Notes under the pieces: generated by a model
What the model was told of the DNA's origin: nothing
What the model saw: only the letters and a program-made list of their open reading frames with translations
Database searches by the model: none
Translations under genes and position numbers: made by a program
Part shown: positions 18,056-27,510 of the stretch, one piece after another
Layout: each line of letters opens with the position of its first letter
Position numbering within the stretch: the first letter of the stretch is position 1
DNA from: an uncultured Candidatus Saccharibacteria bacterium
GTDB lineage: Bacteria > Patescibacteriota > Minisyncoccia > Phycocordibacterales > Phycocordibacteraceae
Reading direction: 5' to 3'
DNA length: 64,000 bases
Assembly: GCA_964402535.1 (NCBI GenBank)
Contig: CAYOCH010000002.1
Coordinates: forward strand, 6,661-70,660

Positions 18056-18901
18056 TTACGAGCGCTGTTGAGCAAAGTCTGCGAAGTCCATCTCACGTTT
18101 GCCCTCGGGGATGACGCGCAGCGGAATGAAGCGCCCGCGCTCGAGCGTTGCGGTGACGATCTTGACGCGCCTGCCGTCGGCAGTGAAGAAGTAGGTGCCG
18201 ATCGTGTCGGCGAATGCGCGGTACTTGTTCCAGTTCACATCCGTCGGGCCGTCGAGCGTGAGCTCACCGTCTTCTTTCTTGAGCTTGTGCGAGTGTGTCG
18301 CGAGCGACGCATCCTGCGCGACGGGAGTGACCTCTCCATCGATGTAGCGGGGCAGCGTCTCAGCGAGGAGCTCGGCGCCGAGTGAGATGAGCCGCGGGCG
18401 CAGCTCGCGTGACGTCTCGTTCGGCGAGACTTGCACCGAGCGCTGGGCGATCATGTCGCCCGCGTCGAGCTCCTTCACCATCTTCTGGATCGTGACGCCC
18501 GTTTCGTAGTCGCCTGCGAGGAGTGCGGCCTCCAGCGGTGTGGCGCCGCGGTGTCGCGGCAAGAGCGAGTAGTGGACGTTCAGCACTCCCTGCGGGAACG
18601 ATGCGATGAGTGTCTCGGGGAATATCTTGCCGTAGGCGACAACGACCGCGTAGTCGCGGCCAGCCGCGCGGATCAGGTTCTGCGCCTCCTCGTCGAGCGT
18701 CTCGGGAGTGAGGACAGGAATGTTGTAGGAGAAGGCAAGCTCCTTTACCGGAGACGGCGTCATCTGGAGGCCGCGGCCGGCGGGGCGGTCGGGCGCCGTG
18801 ACGACCAGGCCTGGGACGAACCCGTGCTCGATGAGGTACGCGAGCGTGTCGCTCGCGACCTTCGGCGTGCCGAAATAGACGAACTTATGCGGTTGCGACA
18901 T
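18056..18901 (-). CDS. fmt: methionyl-tRNA formyltransferase
   Basis: FVYFGTP…VVTAPDRPAGRG…NVHYSLLPRHRGATP…; overlaps def (def-fmt operon). Confidence 0.85.
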   Translation of the reverse strand: MSQPHKFVYFGTPKVASDTLAYLIEHGFVPGLVVTAPDRPAGRGLQMTPSPVKELAFSYNIPVLTPETLDEEAQNLIRAAGRDYAVVVAYGKIFPETLIASFPQGVLNVHYSLLPRHRGATPLEAALLAGDYETGVTIQKMVKELDAGDMIAQRSVQVSPNETSRELRPRLISLGAELLAETLPRYIDGEVTPVAQDASLATHSHKLKKEDGELTLDGPTDVNWNKYRAFADTIGTYFFTADGRRVKIVTATLERGRFIPLRVIPEGKREMDFADFAQQRS

Positions 18902-19418
18902 GCTTGATCTCGATTAGGTGGTCGGCGTGATCGATAAAGAGGATCCCGTTCAGGTGGTCGATCTCGTGTTCGAATATCTGCGCCATGATCCCGCCGCCGC
19001 CGCGCTCGAAGCGCGTCCCGTCGGCCTTGCGCGCGCGGACAGTCACGCGCTCGTGGCGCTTCGTCGTGCCGTAGATGCCGCGGACAGAGAGGCAGCCCTC
19101 GTCCATCTTGGCGCGCTTGCGCGAGGTCTTGACGATCTCGGGATTGATATAGACTTCAACCTTCGGGATTACCTTGGGCACTGCGCCCTGAGTAGCCTCT
19201 GGCGAAGCAGGGACCGTGCGATCCTCGCGGACGATGAAGATGCGGTAGGGCAGCGCAATCTGGGGCGCGGCGAGCGCAACGCCCTCGAGCTCGTAGTCGA
19301 GCGCCTCGGTCATATCCGCGATGATCACGGCGAGCTCCGCGCTGCCGAAGAGCTCCTCGGGCACCGGCTTCGCCGTCTCACGGAGCACTAGCGTGCCATC
19401 TTGCACGATTTCTTTCAT
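18885..19418 (-). CDS. def: peptide deformylase
   Basis: Motifs GVALAAPQI, EGCLS, HEIDHLNG; start at the internal ATG (MKEIVQ…). Confidence 0.85.
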   Translation of the reverse strand: MKEIVQDGTLVLRETAKPVPEELFGSAELAVIIADMTEALDYELEGVALAAPQIALPYRIFIVREDRTVPASPEATQGAVPKVIPKVEVYINPEIVKTSRKRAKMDEGCLSVRGIYGTTKRHERVTVRARKADGTRFERGGGGIMAQIFEHEIDHLNGILFIDHADHLIEIKHVATA

Positions 19419-19461
19419 GTTGCCTAGTATAGCGCAGCGGCGAGGCAAAATAAAGGCGGAT

Positions 19462-19746
19462 CTAATGCTTCGTTGGATCCAATTCCCACCAGAATTTTTT
19501 GCTGAAGTTCTGCGCCTGGCTGCAGACGCTCTTTAAGTAGTAGAGGTCCTGTGTCGGAATCTTCTCAAGCGTGACGCCGAGGTGCGCCATCGTGATCGGC
19601 GGCAAGCCGTCCTGTTTGCGCGAATAATTGAGGTGGCGCTGAAAGAATCGCATCAGCTCGCCGCGCTCGGTCTGGCGCTTGCGACCCTTAGGCGCAGCTG
19701 CCGCCTTCTTTTCAAAGTCGGGGAGCAGGTCGCTTATCTTCTTCAT
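19462..19746 (-). CDS. hypothetical protein
   Basis: 94-aa ORF between def and murA on the same strand. Confidence 0.4.
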   Translation of the reverse strand: MKKISDLLPDFEKKAAAAPKGRKRQTERGELMRFFQRHLNYSRKQDGLPPITMAHLGVTLEKIPTQDLYYLKSVCSQAQNFSKKFWWELDPTKH

Positions 19747-19747
19747 A

Positions 19748-21064
19748 TCAAGAGGTCGCTTCTATCTCGGCGCCCAGGTGCTGGAGGCGGTGGACGATAT
19801 CCTCGTAGCCGCGGTTGATCGAGTAGACGTTGCGCAGGAGCGAACGGCCCTTCGCGCCGAGCATGGCGACCAAGATGATGGTCGCGGGGCGGAGCGCCGG
19901 CGGGCAGATCACCTCGGCGGCCTTGAGCCGCGTGGGGCCCTCGATCGAGATGCGGTGCGGGTCGTGGAGCGCGGTCGTGGCGCCCAAGCGATCGAGCTCG
20001 GTGTAGTAGATCGCGCGCTTCTCATAGACCCAGTCGTGGATCAGGGTCGTGCCCCTAGCCTGCGTCGCGATGACGGCGAAGAAGGGCAGGTTGTCGATGT
20101 TCATGCCCGGGTAGGGGCGTGCATGAATCTTCTCGGGGAAGGCGGTGAGCTCTGAGGGCTCGATCGAGAGGTCGACGAGTTTGGTCACGCCGTTTTCAGA
20201 GATGCGCTTGTTCGAGATGGTGAACTGCAAGCCCATCTTCTCGAGCAAGAAGAGCTCCACCTCGAGGAACTCGATCGGGACTGCGGTGATCTCGATCGCC
20301 GAGTGCGTGACGATCGCCGCTGAAATGAAGAACATCGCGTCGGTCGGATCCTCGGCGATGCTGTAGGACATGTCCGTGTTGATGTCCGGCATGCCGTTTA
20401 TGGTGAGCGTCGTCGAACCGATACCCTCGACGCCGACGCCGAGCTGCTTCAAGAAGCCGCACACCTCCTGCACCTGGTAGTTGGCCGAGGCGTACTTGAT
20501 GACCGAGGTACCGCTTATGCGCGCGGCGGCAAGCAGCGCATTGATAGTGGCCGTGTCGCTCGACTCATAGAGCACCACGTCTGCCGGCGCAAGGGATGAG
20601 TGAGAAATCTTGTAGCTGTCGGTCGTCGCATCGATCGCGACGCCGAACTTCTCAAGCGCCATGAGGTGCGGCCGAGCAGAGCGCAGGCCCAAGGTGCAGC
20701 CGCCCGACTGAGGTAGCTCGAACGACTTGAAGAGGTGGAGCAGGGGGCCGATGAACATCAGGATGCTGCGCGTGCGCGTGGCGGCTGCGCGGTCGATCGT
20801 CTCGAGCGAGACCTTCTCGGGCGGCGTGATGATCACATGTGTGCCTTCCCACTCCACGTCGGCGCCGATAGAGCGGAGCACCTCAATAAGGCGGTTTACC
20901 TCCTCGATCTTGGGCATGTGCTCGAGGGTCGTGCGGCCGCGGTTCAAGAGGGAGGCGGCGAGGAGCGCGACGGCACCGTTCTTGGAGCGGCTCACCTCGA
21001 CCGTGCCCGAGAGCGGCTTGCCGCCCTCCACGACGAAATTCATTTCACCCTGCATTGCCGCCAT
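19748..21064 (-). CDS. murA: UDP-N-acetylglucosamine 1-carboxyvinyltransferase
   Basis: EPT-family fold (…SRSKNGAVALLAASLL…GGCTLGLRSARPHL…). The track start is GTG at 21100; the ATG at 21064 is an alternative. Confidence 0.8.
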   Translation of the reverse strand: MAAMQGEMNFVVEGGKPLSGTVEVSRSKNGAVALLAASLLNRGRTTLEHMPKIEEVNRLIEVLRSIGADVEWEGTHVIITPPEKVSLETIDRAAATRTRSILMFIGPLLHLFKSFELPQSGGCTLGLRSARPHLMALEKFGVAIDATTDSYKISHSSLAPADVVLYESSDTATINALLAAARISGTSVIKYASANYQVQEVCGFLKQLGVGVEGIGSTTLTINGMPDINTDMSYSIAEDPTDAMFFISAAIVTHSAIEITAVPIEFLEVELFLLEKMGLQFTISNKRISENGVTKLVDLSIEPSELTAFPEKIHARPYPGMNIDNLPFFAVIATQARGTTLIHDWVYEKRAIYYTELDRLGATTALHDPHRISIEGPTRLKAAEVICPPALRPATIILVAMLGAKGRSLLRNVYSINRGYEDIVHRLQHLGAEIEATS

Positions 21065-21121
21065 CGTACCATCGGCCTCCCGTTTTTGCCCTGTGTACAC
21101 GAGCGCGGTATCATGGCCGTA

Positions 21122-22147
21122 ATGTCATTCTTCTCTCCGAAGCTCGGCATCGACCTAGGGACCACGAACGTGCTGGTCTTCGTGCCCGGCAAGGGGGTCG
21201 TGATCAACGAGCCGTCGGTCGTGGCCGTGGGCAAGGCGCACGGCAAGCTCGGCGCCAACAAGATCCTCGCTATCGGCGCCGAAGCCAAGAAGATGATCGG
21301 CCGAACGCCGGACGACATCATCGCCTACCGGCCGATGAAGGACGGCGTGATCGCCGACTATCGCGTCACCGAGGCGATGCTGCGCTACTTTATCCGTAAG
21401 GCGTTGGGGCGCAACCCGTTCAAACCGACGGTGCTCGTCTCGGTGCCGGCGGGCGTCACCTCCACCGAGAAGCGCGCGGTGATCGAAGCGGCCATGAAGG
21501 CGGGTGCCAAGAACGCGTACGTGGTCAAAGAGCCGATCCTCGCCGCGATCGGCGCGGGCATCCCGATCCACGAGCCGATGGGGCGGATGGTCGCCGACAT
21601 CGGCGGCGGCACGATCGACGTGGCCGTGATATCGCTCGGCGGCATCGTCGCCTCGACGAGCGTGAAGTGCGCAGGCGACAGGCTCGACCGCGCCGTCGTC
21701 GACCACGTGAAGAAGCAGTACAACCTCGCGATCGGCGACAAGACCGCCGAGGAGGTCAAGATCCGCGTCGGCGCGGCCGTACCGATGAACGAGGAACTGA
21801 CATTGCCGATCCGCGGCCGCGACATGGTCTCGGGGCTCCCGCGCACGGTGGACCTCTCGACGAACGACCTGGTTCAGGCGATGTCGCGTGAGCTCCGCGA
21901 GATGACGCAGGCGATCCGCAAGGTCTTGCAAGAGACGCCGCCAGAGCTCGCGGCTGACATCATCGACAACGGCATCATCCTGACCGGCGGCTCCTCGCAG
22001 CTGCGGCAGATGCCGGAGCTCGTCTACCGCCGCACCGGCGTCGTCGCCAAGCTCGCGACCGACCCCTACTACTGCGTCGCGCGCGGCACCGGCATCGCCC
22101 TCAAGCATCTGGACACGTACCAGAAGAGCATCATCGCCAAGCAATGA
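21122..22147 (+). CDS. mreB: rod-shape protein MreB (actin-like), copy 1
   Basis: MSFFSPKLGIDLGTTNVLVFV…VADIGGGTIDVAVISLGG…IILTGGSSQLRQM…; the track ORF 20735.. is an N-extension overlapping murA on the opposite strand. Confidence 0.85.
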   Translation: MSFFSPKLGIDLGTTNVLVFVPGKGVVINEPSVVAVGKAHGKLGANKILAIGAEAKKMIGRTPDDIIAYRPMKDGVIADYRVTEAMLRYFIRKALGRNPFKPTVLVSVPAGVTSTEKRAVIEAAMKAGAKNAYVVKEPILAAIGAGIPIHEPMGRMVADIGGGTIDVAVISLGGIVASTSVKCAGDRLDRAVVDHVKKQYNLAIGDKTAEEVKIRVGAAVPMNEELTLPIRGRDMVSGLPRTVDLSTNDLVQAMSRELREMTQAIRKVLQETPPELAADIIDNGIILTGGSSQLRQMPELVYRRTGVVAKLATDPYYCVARGTGIALKHLDTYQKSIIAKQ

Positions 22148-22857
22148 ACCGACAGCACGCGTACGTGATCGAGGCGGGGGCAGAGGAGGGGATTGAAATC
22201 GCCCAGAAATACGCGAGTGAGGAATTGGGTATTAGGAATAAGGGCAACGCGGACTGGATCGAGCTGCGCTACGGGCTGCTCTCGGTCGAGGATTCTCGGC
22301 GTGTGCAGGAGCTCGCGGTGCAAGCGCCGATCAAGAGTGACAAGAAGGCACTCGCGATCGCCGCGAACCGCGCGTATCACGAGGCGCAGAACGCGCTCTT
22401 GAAGCTCTTTGAGGAGCCGCCAGAGGGGACGTACCTCTTTTTGATCGTCCCCACGGCCGGGATGCTCTTGCCCACACTCCGGTCGCGCGTCCAAATCTTG
22501 GAAAATCCGAAAAAGAAGAACACTATCATATATGATAGTGACGGTATCGCAGCTGAATTTATAAAAGGAAGTAAAGAGAAAAGGACAGCGCTCATCAAGA
22601 AGCTGACGAGCGGGCGGGATGAAGAAGAACGGCGAGAGAATCGCGAGGCGGCGCTCGCGATCGTGAACGGGATCGAGGCGGTCGCATATCGGGACGTAGT
22701 ACGTCCTACAGCTGATGTAGGACGTAGTACGTCCTACATATGGGCGCTATTGAAGGAGTTACAGGTGTTGCGCGGCTATCTGCACGATCGCAGCGCGCCG
22801 GTCAAGATGATCCTCGAGCATCTCTCGCTCGTCCTGCCGCGCAATTTGTTATCATGA
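22144..22857 (+). CDS. holB: DNA polymerase III delta'-like clamp-loader subunit (short)
   Basis: …ALLKLFEEPPEGTYLFLIV…LLPTLRSRVQ (box VII / sensor-2-like); contains an in-frame palindromic insertion at 22692-22738. Confidence 0.55.
   Translation: MNRQHAYVIEAGAEEGIEIAQKYASEELGIRNKGNADWIELRYGLLSVEDSRRVQELAVQAPIKSDKKALAIAANRAYHEAQNALLKLFEEPPEGTYLFLIVPTAGMLLPTLRSRVQILENPKKKNTIIYDSDGIAAEFIKGSKEKRTALIKKLTSGRDEEERRENREAALAIVNGIEAVAYRDVVRPTADVGRSTSYIWALLKELQVLRGYLHDRSAPVKMILEHLSLVLPRNLLS
22692..22738. repeat. 47-nt nested palindromic tandem repeat inside the holB-like CDS
   Basis: Two copies of GGACGTAGTACGTCCTACA (each itself an inverted repeat) separated by GCTGATGTA, which pairs the TACA/TGTA ends; encodes …VVRPTADVGRSTSY…. 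Confidence 0.5.
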
Positions 22858-22863
22858 ACGCAT

Positions 22864-23415
22864 ATGGCATACGACTTTTCTAAACTGAAGACGCAGATTC
22901 AAGAGACCGAGGAATGGCTCTCGCGCGAGCTCGCCGGCGTGCGCACCGGCCGCGCGACACCGACCCTGCTCGACGGGGTGAAGCCCGAGGCCTACGGTTC
23001 TCGCACATCGCTGCGCGAGCTCGGCTCGGTCACCGTCGAGGACGCGCGCACGCTCCGCATCATCCCTTGGGACAAGAGCCTGGTGAAAGCGATCGAGAAG
23101 GGCATCACCGACGCGAACCTCGGTGTGGGCGTCGCGACCGACGACCAAGGGATCCGCGTGTCATTCCCCGAGCTCACGAGCGAGCGGCGTGACCAGCTCT
23201 TGAAGATCGCCGGCGAGCGCACCGAGCAGGCCAAAGTGACGCTCCGCACGCATCGCACCGACGCCTTGAAGGCGCTCGAGGCCGCAGAGAAGGAGGGCGG
23301 CATGGGCGAAGACGAGGTCAAGCGCCTCAAAGGCGAGGTGCAGAAGATGATCGACGCCGGCAACGAGGCGCTGCTCGCGGTCTTGGAGCGTAAGGAGGAA
23401 GAAATCGCGCAATAA
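22864..23415 (+). CDS. frr: ribosome recycling factor
   Basis: Full-length RRF-like sequence (…LAGVRTGRATPTLLDGVKPEAYGS…IRVSFPELTSERRDQL…). Confidence 0.85.
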   Translation: MAYDFSKLKTQIQETEEWLSRELAGVRTGRATPTLLDGVKPEAYGSRTSLRELGSVTVEDARTLRIIPWDKSLVKAIEKGITDANLGVGVATDDQGIRVSFPELTSERRDQLLKIAGERTEQAKVTLRTHRTDALKALEAAEKEGGMGEDEVKRLKGEVQKMIDAGNEALLAVLERKEEEIAQ

Positions 23416-23429
23416 GCGTAGTAGAGGTA

Positions 23430-24524
23430 ATGAGCGTCCTGATATTCATCCTCGTCATCGTCGCACTCATCGTGGTGCACGAGTTCGGGCACTTCGTCGT
23501 GGCGAAGCTCTCGGGGATGCGGGTCGACGAGTTCGGCCTCGGCTATCCGCCGCGCGCCTTGACGATCGCCAAGGTCGGCGAGACGTCCTACACGCTCAAC
23601 TGGCTCCCGTTCGGCGGGTTCGTCAAGATCTATGGCGAGGATGGCGGCGAGCACGGTTCACGCGCCTTCTCCTCGCGGCCGCGCCATTTGCAGGCGCTCG
23701 TGCTCGTCGCGGGCATCGCGATGAACCTCCTCTTCGCCTATGTGCTTATCACCAGTGCACTCGTGGCCGGCACGCCGCGGGCGCTCGCGCCAGGCGAGCT
23801 CGCCACCGCGCGCGACACGCAGCTCCTGGTCGCGAATGTCTTGCCCGGCTCGCCGGCAGCGAACGCCGGGCTCGTGCCTGATGACTCGATTACGGCTGCT
23901 GAAGATGGCCGCTATCAGTTCTCGGGTGTCGATTCGGCTGCATTCACGAAGTTCGTTTCAAACGGGGCGGGGCAGACGATCGTCGCGCTCACGGTCAAGC
24001 ACGCGGACGGCCGCATGGCGACCGTCTTTGCGCGGCCACAGACAGGCATCATCCCAGGCGACCCCTCGCGTGCCGCGCTCGGCGTCGAGGTGGCGACCGT
24101 CGGCGTCGTGCCGGTCTCGTTCACACAGGCGCTCACCGAGGGAGCGAGTCTCACCTGGGGCGCGACCGTGCTCACTGCGCAGGGCCTGTGGAACTTCTTT
24201 GCGAGCGTGTTTACGCTCCGCGCCAACCTCTCGCAGGTCTCGGGGCCTGTCGGTATCGCGGGTGCCGTCGGCGCCGCCTCCGCGCAAGGGATCGGCGACC
24301 TCCTCTCCTTGATGGCGATCATTTCGATCAACCTCGCTCTCATCAACCTGATCCCGGTGCCGGCCTTGGACGGCGGCCGACTCCTCTTCGTGATTATCGA
24401 GAGCGTCATCCGACGGCCGATCAACCAGAACGTCGCCCGCACCTTAAACGCGATCGGCTTCGTCTTCCTCGTCCTCCTCATGGTCGTCGTGACCGCGCAC
24501 GACATCTTCCGCATCGTGGGATAA
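23430..24524 (+). CDS. rseP: RIP site-2 metalloprotease
   Basis: HEFGHFVVAK (HExxH), PDZ region, NLALINLIPVPALDGG (LDG motif). Confidence 0.8.
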   Translation: MSVLIFILVIVALIVVHEFGHFVVAKLSGMRVDEFGLGYPPRALTIAKVGETSYTLNWLPFGGFVKIYGEDGGEHGSRAFSSRPRHLQALVLVAGIAMNLLFAYVLITSALVAGTPRALAPGELATARDTQLLVANVLPGSPAANAGLVPDDSITAAEDGRYQFSGVDSAAFTKFVSNGAGQTIVALTVKHADGRMATVFARPQTGIIPGDPSRAALGVEVATVGVVPVSFTQALTEGASLTWGATVLTAQGLWNFFASVFTLRANLSQVSGPVGIAGAVGAASAQGIGDLLSLMAIISINLALINLIPVPALDGGRLLFVIIESVIRRPINQNVARTLNAIGFVFLVLLMVVVTAHDIFRIVG

Positions 24525-24571
24525 AAGGATAGCGCCGCCCTGGTGGACGGCGCTTGGTTGATTGAAAGAGT

Positions 24572-25093
24572 CTATGCCGTGAGCAGCGTCTTTGTGGCGT
24601 CGGCGACTGTGTAATCGTCGATTTCGCCATAGGTCGGGTGCTTCACGGTGAAGTGGTGGCCTTTTCCGGTCACATCGACGTCGAGACCGACCTGCAAGAT
24701 GCCGTCGCCATAGATGAGGAGCGACCGCTTCGTGACCGGCAAACTGTAGAGCACCGGCTCGTCGCAGACGAGGAGCACGAGCGCGCCGAACTTGCCGTCG
24801 TGCTTCTTGACCCATGACTGCACCGGCACGTTCTTGCCGTTGTCCTGATACGTCTAGACGTCGTTCTGCCGGCTGCCGTGCGCATCGAGCATCACAACGC
24901 CGCCGTGCTTGGCTGCCCACGCATCGAGGAACCACGCGAGCTCCCTTGACAGTCGCTCGCGGTAGAGCCGCTTGATTGCGCGGTTCACTACCTTCTTCGC
25001 GCTAATATTGAGCTTCCGCGCGTGGGTCTGGTACTCGGCCAGGGTTTCTTCAGACACGAACAGCGTACCCTCATTTACATCAAACTTCTGCAT
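24572..25093 (-). pseudogene. RHH-like / putative 2H-phosphoesterase-like gene split by in-frame TAG
   Basis: ORFs 24854..25093 and 24572..24829 are in the same frame, separated by TAG 24854-24856. N-terminal part is ribbon-helix-helix-like (TLFVSEETLAEYQTHARKLNISAKKVVNRAIKRL). Two H-x-S/T-x motifs (DAHGSR, HHFTVK) straddle the stop. Confidence 0.35.
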
Positions 25094-25211
25094 TACTTCC
25101 TCCCGAAAAGAACGATCCGAAGGCCGCAGTATGTCATGAGTCCCGTTCTACGTCAATCGCGCTGCATATGTTTTGGCTTTTCGGTGGATTTTCTCTTACA
25201 ATAGGAGCCAC

Positions 25212-26456
25212 ATGCGTCAATCATCACTCTTCACCAAGACCCGCCGCGAGGCGCCAGCGGACGAGGTCGCGAAGAACGCCCAGCTCCTCGTGCGCGCCGG
25301 CTATATCCATAAGGAATTGGCGGGCGCCTATTCGTACTTGCCTTTGGGCTTGCGCACCCTGAACCGCATCGTGCAGATCATCCGCGAAGAGATGGATGCG
25401 ATCGGCGGGCAGGAGCTCGTCATGACCGCGCTCCAAGACAAGGAGCTCTGGAGCCGCACCGACCGCTGGGACGATGACAAGGTCGATAACTGGTTCAAGA
25501 CGTCATTCAAGAGCGGGGGAGAGACGGGGCTCGCGATCACGCACGAAGAGCCGCTGACCCGCATCATGACCGAGCACATCTCCTCGTATCGCGACCTGCC
25601 GGTCTACGCGTACCAATTTCAGAATAAGTTCCGCAATGAACTGCGCGCGAAGAGCGGCATCATGCGCGGCAAAGAGTTCTTGATGAAGGATCTCTACTCA
25701 TTCTCTAAGGACGACGCCGAGCATGCGGCGTTTTATGCGAAGGCGCGCGAGGCGTACAAGAAGGTGTTCTGTCGCGTCGGGATCGGCGAGGAGACGTTCG
25801 TCACCTTCGCCTCGGGCGGCATCTTCTCTCCGTTCTCTGAAGAATTTCAGACTGTCTCAGATGCGGGAGAAGACACTATTTATATAGACGAGGCGAAGAA
25901 GATCGCGGTGAACAAGGAGGTGATGACCGATGAGACGCTCACGACGCTCGGACTCGACCGCGCGACGCTCGTCGAGAAGAAGGCGATCGAGGCAGGGAAC
26001 ATCTTCAACCTCGGGACGCGCTTCTCCGAGCCCTTGGGTCTCTCCTATACCGACGAGTCGGGCGCGAAGAAGCCGGTCGTGATGGGGAGCTACGGCATCG
26101 GCCCGACGCGCCTCATGGGCATCATCGTCGAGGTGCGCGCCGACGGGAAGGGCTTGGTCTGGCCTGCTGAGGTCGCGCCATTCCCATATCACCTCGTCTC
26201 GCTCGGCAAGGCGGGCGACGACGTGACCAAGGCAGCCGAGGAGCTCTACGAAGACTTCGCCAAGGCGGGCGTCGAGGTGCTCTACGACGACCGCGACCTG
26301 CGCGCCGGGGAGAAGTTCGCCGACAGCGACTTGCTCGGCATCCCCAAGCGCATCGTGGTGGGCAAAGAGGCGGCAGCGAGCGAGGTCTACGAAGTGGTCG
26401 ATCGCGCGACCGGCGCAGTAGAGAAGAAGTCCCGCGCCGAGCTCCTCGCGCGTTAA
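25212..26456 (+). CDS. proS: prolyl-tRNA synthetase (compact, no editing insertion)
   Basis: Class II motifs (…FRNELRAKSGIMRGKEFLMKDLYSF…GSYGIGPTRLMG…) plus a C-terminal anticodon-binding domain. Confidence 0.85.
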   Translation: MRQSSLFTKTRREAPADEVAKNAQLLVRAGYIHKELAGAYSYLPLGLRTLNRIVQIIREEMDAIGGQELVMTALQDKELWSRTDRWDDDKVDNWFKTSFKSGGETGLAITHEEPLTRIMTEHISSYRDLPVYAYQFQNKFRNELRAKSGIMRGKEFLMKDLYSFSKDDAEHAAFYAKAREAYKKVFCRVGIGEETFVTFASGGIFSPFSEEFQTVSDAGEDTIYIDEAKKIAVNKEVMTDETLTTLGLDRATLVEKKAIEAGNIFNLGTRFSEPLGLSYTDESGAKKPVVMGSYGIGPTRLMGIIVEVRADGKGLVWPAEVAPFPYHLVSLGKAGDDVTKAAEELYEDFAKAGVEVLYDDRDLRAGEKFADSDLLGIPKRIVVGKEAAASEVYEVVDRATGAVEKKSRAELLAR

Positions 26457-26457
26457 C

Positions 26458-27510
26458 ATGGCCAAGTTTTCGAAAAGCACCCTTTTCTCTAGCGACATCG
26501 CGATCGACCTTGGCACCGCCAACACGCTCGTCTACGTGCGCGGCAAGGGCGTCGTGATCAACGAGCCCTCGGTCGTCGCGGTCAACGACAAGACGCACCA
26601 GGTCGTCGCGGTCGGCAAAGAGGCCAAGACGATGCTCGGCAAGACGCCGGCGCACATCCGCGTCGTGCGCCCCCTCTCGCACGGCGTCATCTCTGACTTC
26701 GAGGTGACGGAGGAGCTCCTCACGTACCTGATCACCAAGGCGCAGAGCGGGCGCACGCGCCTCTTCGGCCCGCGGGTCGTGATCGGCGTGCCGACCGGCG
26801 TCACGAACGTGCAGAGCCGCGCGGTGCGCGACGCAGCAAAGACGGCGGGCGCGCGCGAGGCGTTCATCATGGAGGAGCCGGTCGCCGGCGCGATCGGCTC
26901 CAAGCTGCCGGTCTTCGACGCGGTCGGGACGATGGTGCTCGACATCGGCGGTGGTACGACCGACATCGCGGTGATCGCCTTGAAGGGCGTCGTCGCCTCC
27001 AAGAGCTCGCACGTGGCGGGTGACCGATTCAACGAGAACATCATCGACTTCGTCCGAAGCGAGTTCAAGCTCGGCATCGGCGAGCGCACGGCAGAGGATG
27101 TCAAGATCGCGATCGGCGCGGTGATGCCGCTCAATGAGCCGCTCTCGCGCACGGTGCGCGGTCGCGACTACGCGACCGGGTTGCCGCGCGAGATCACTCT
27201 CACGGACGCGCATATCCGCGAGGCTATCGCGCCCTCGCTCGACACTTTGCTCGACACGATGAAGGAGGTGATCGAGGCGACGCCGGCCGAGCTCCTCTCT
27301 GACGTGCTGCAGCACGGCGTGACCGTTTTCGGTGGCGGGGCGCTCCTGCGCGGGTTGCCGCAGATCCTCGCCAAGATGCTCGGCGTGCCGGTACGCGTCG
27401 CGCCCGACCCGCTCACCTCAGTCGTGCGCGGTGCCGGCATCGTGACCGAGAATCCAGAGCCCTACGCAGACTTTTTCATCGATGAAGAGGACATCCTTAG
27501 CGAGGCGTAA
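26458..27510 (+). CDS. mreB: rod-shape protein MreB, copy 2 (heads mreBCD-PBP2 cluster)
   Basis: AIDLGTANTLVYV…VLDIGGGTTDIAVIAL…TVFGGGALLRGL. Confidence 0.85.
   Translation: MAKFSKSTLFSSDIAIDLGTANTLVYVRGKGVVINEPSVVAVNDKTHQVVAVGKEAKTMLGKTPAHIRVVRPLSHGVISDFEVTEELLTYLITKAQSGRTRLFGPRVVIGVPTGVTNVQSRAVRDAAKTAGAREAFIMEEPVAGAIGSKLPVFDAVGTMVLDIGGGTTDIAVIALKGVVASKSSHVAGDRFNENIIDFVRSEFKLGIGERTAEDVKIAIGAVMPLNEPLSRTVRGRDYATGLPREITLTDAHIREAIAPSLDTLLDTMKEVIEATPAELLSDVLQHGVTVFGGGALLRGLPQILAKMLGVPVRVAPDPLTSVVRGAGIVTENPEPYADFFIDEEDILSEA

Noticed and set aside
20735-21121. N-terminal 129-aa extension of mreB in the track ORF 20735..22147
   Set aside because: The extension overlaps murA on the opposite strand and is His/Arg-rich noise. 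Conserved MreB sequence begins at MSFFSPKLGIDLG (21122).
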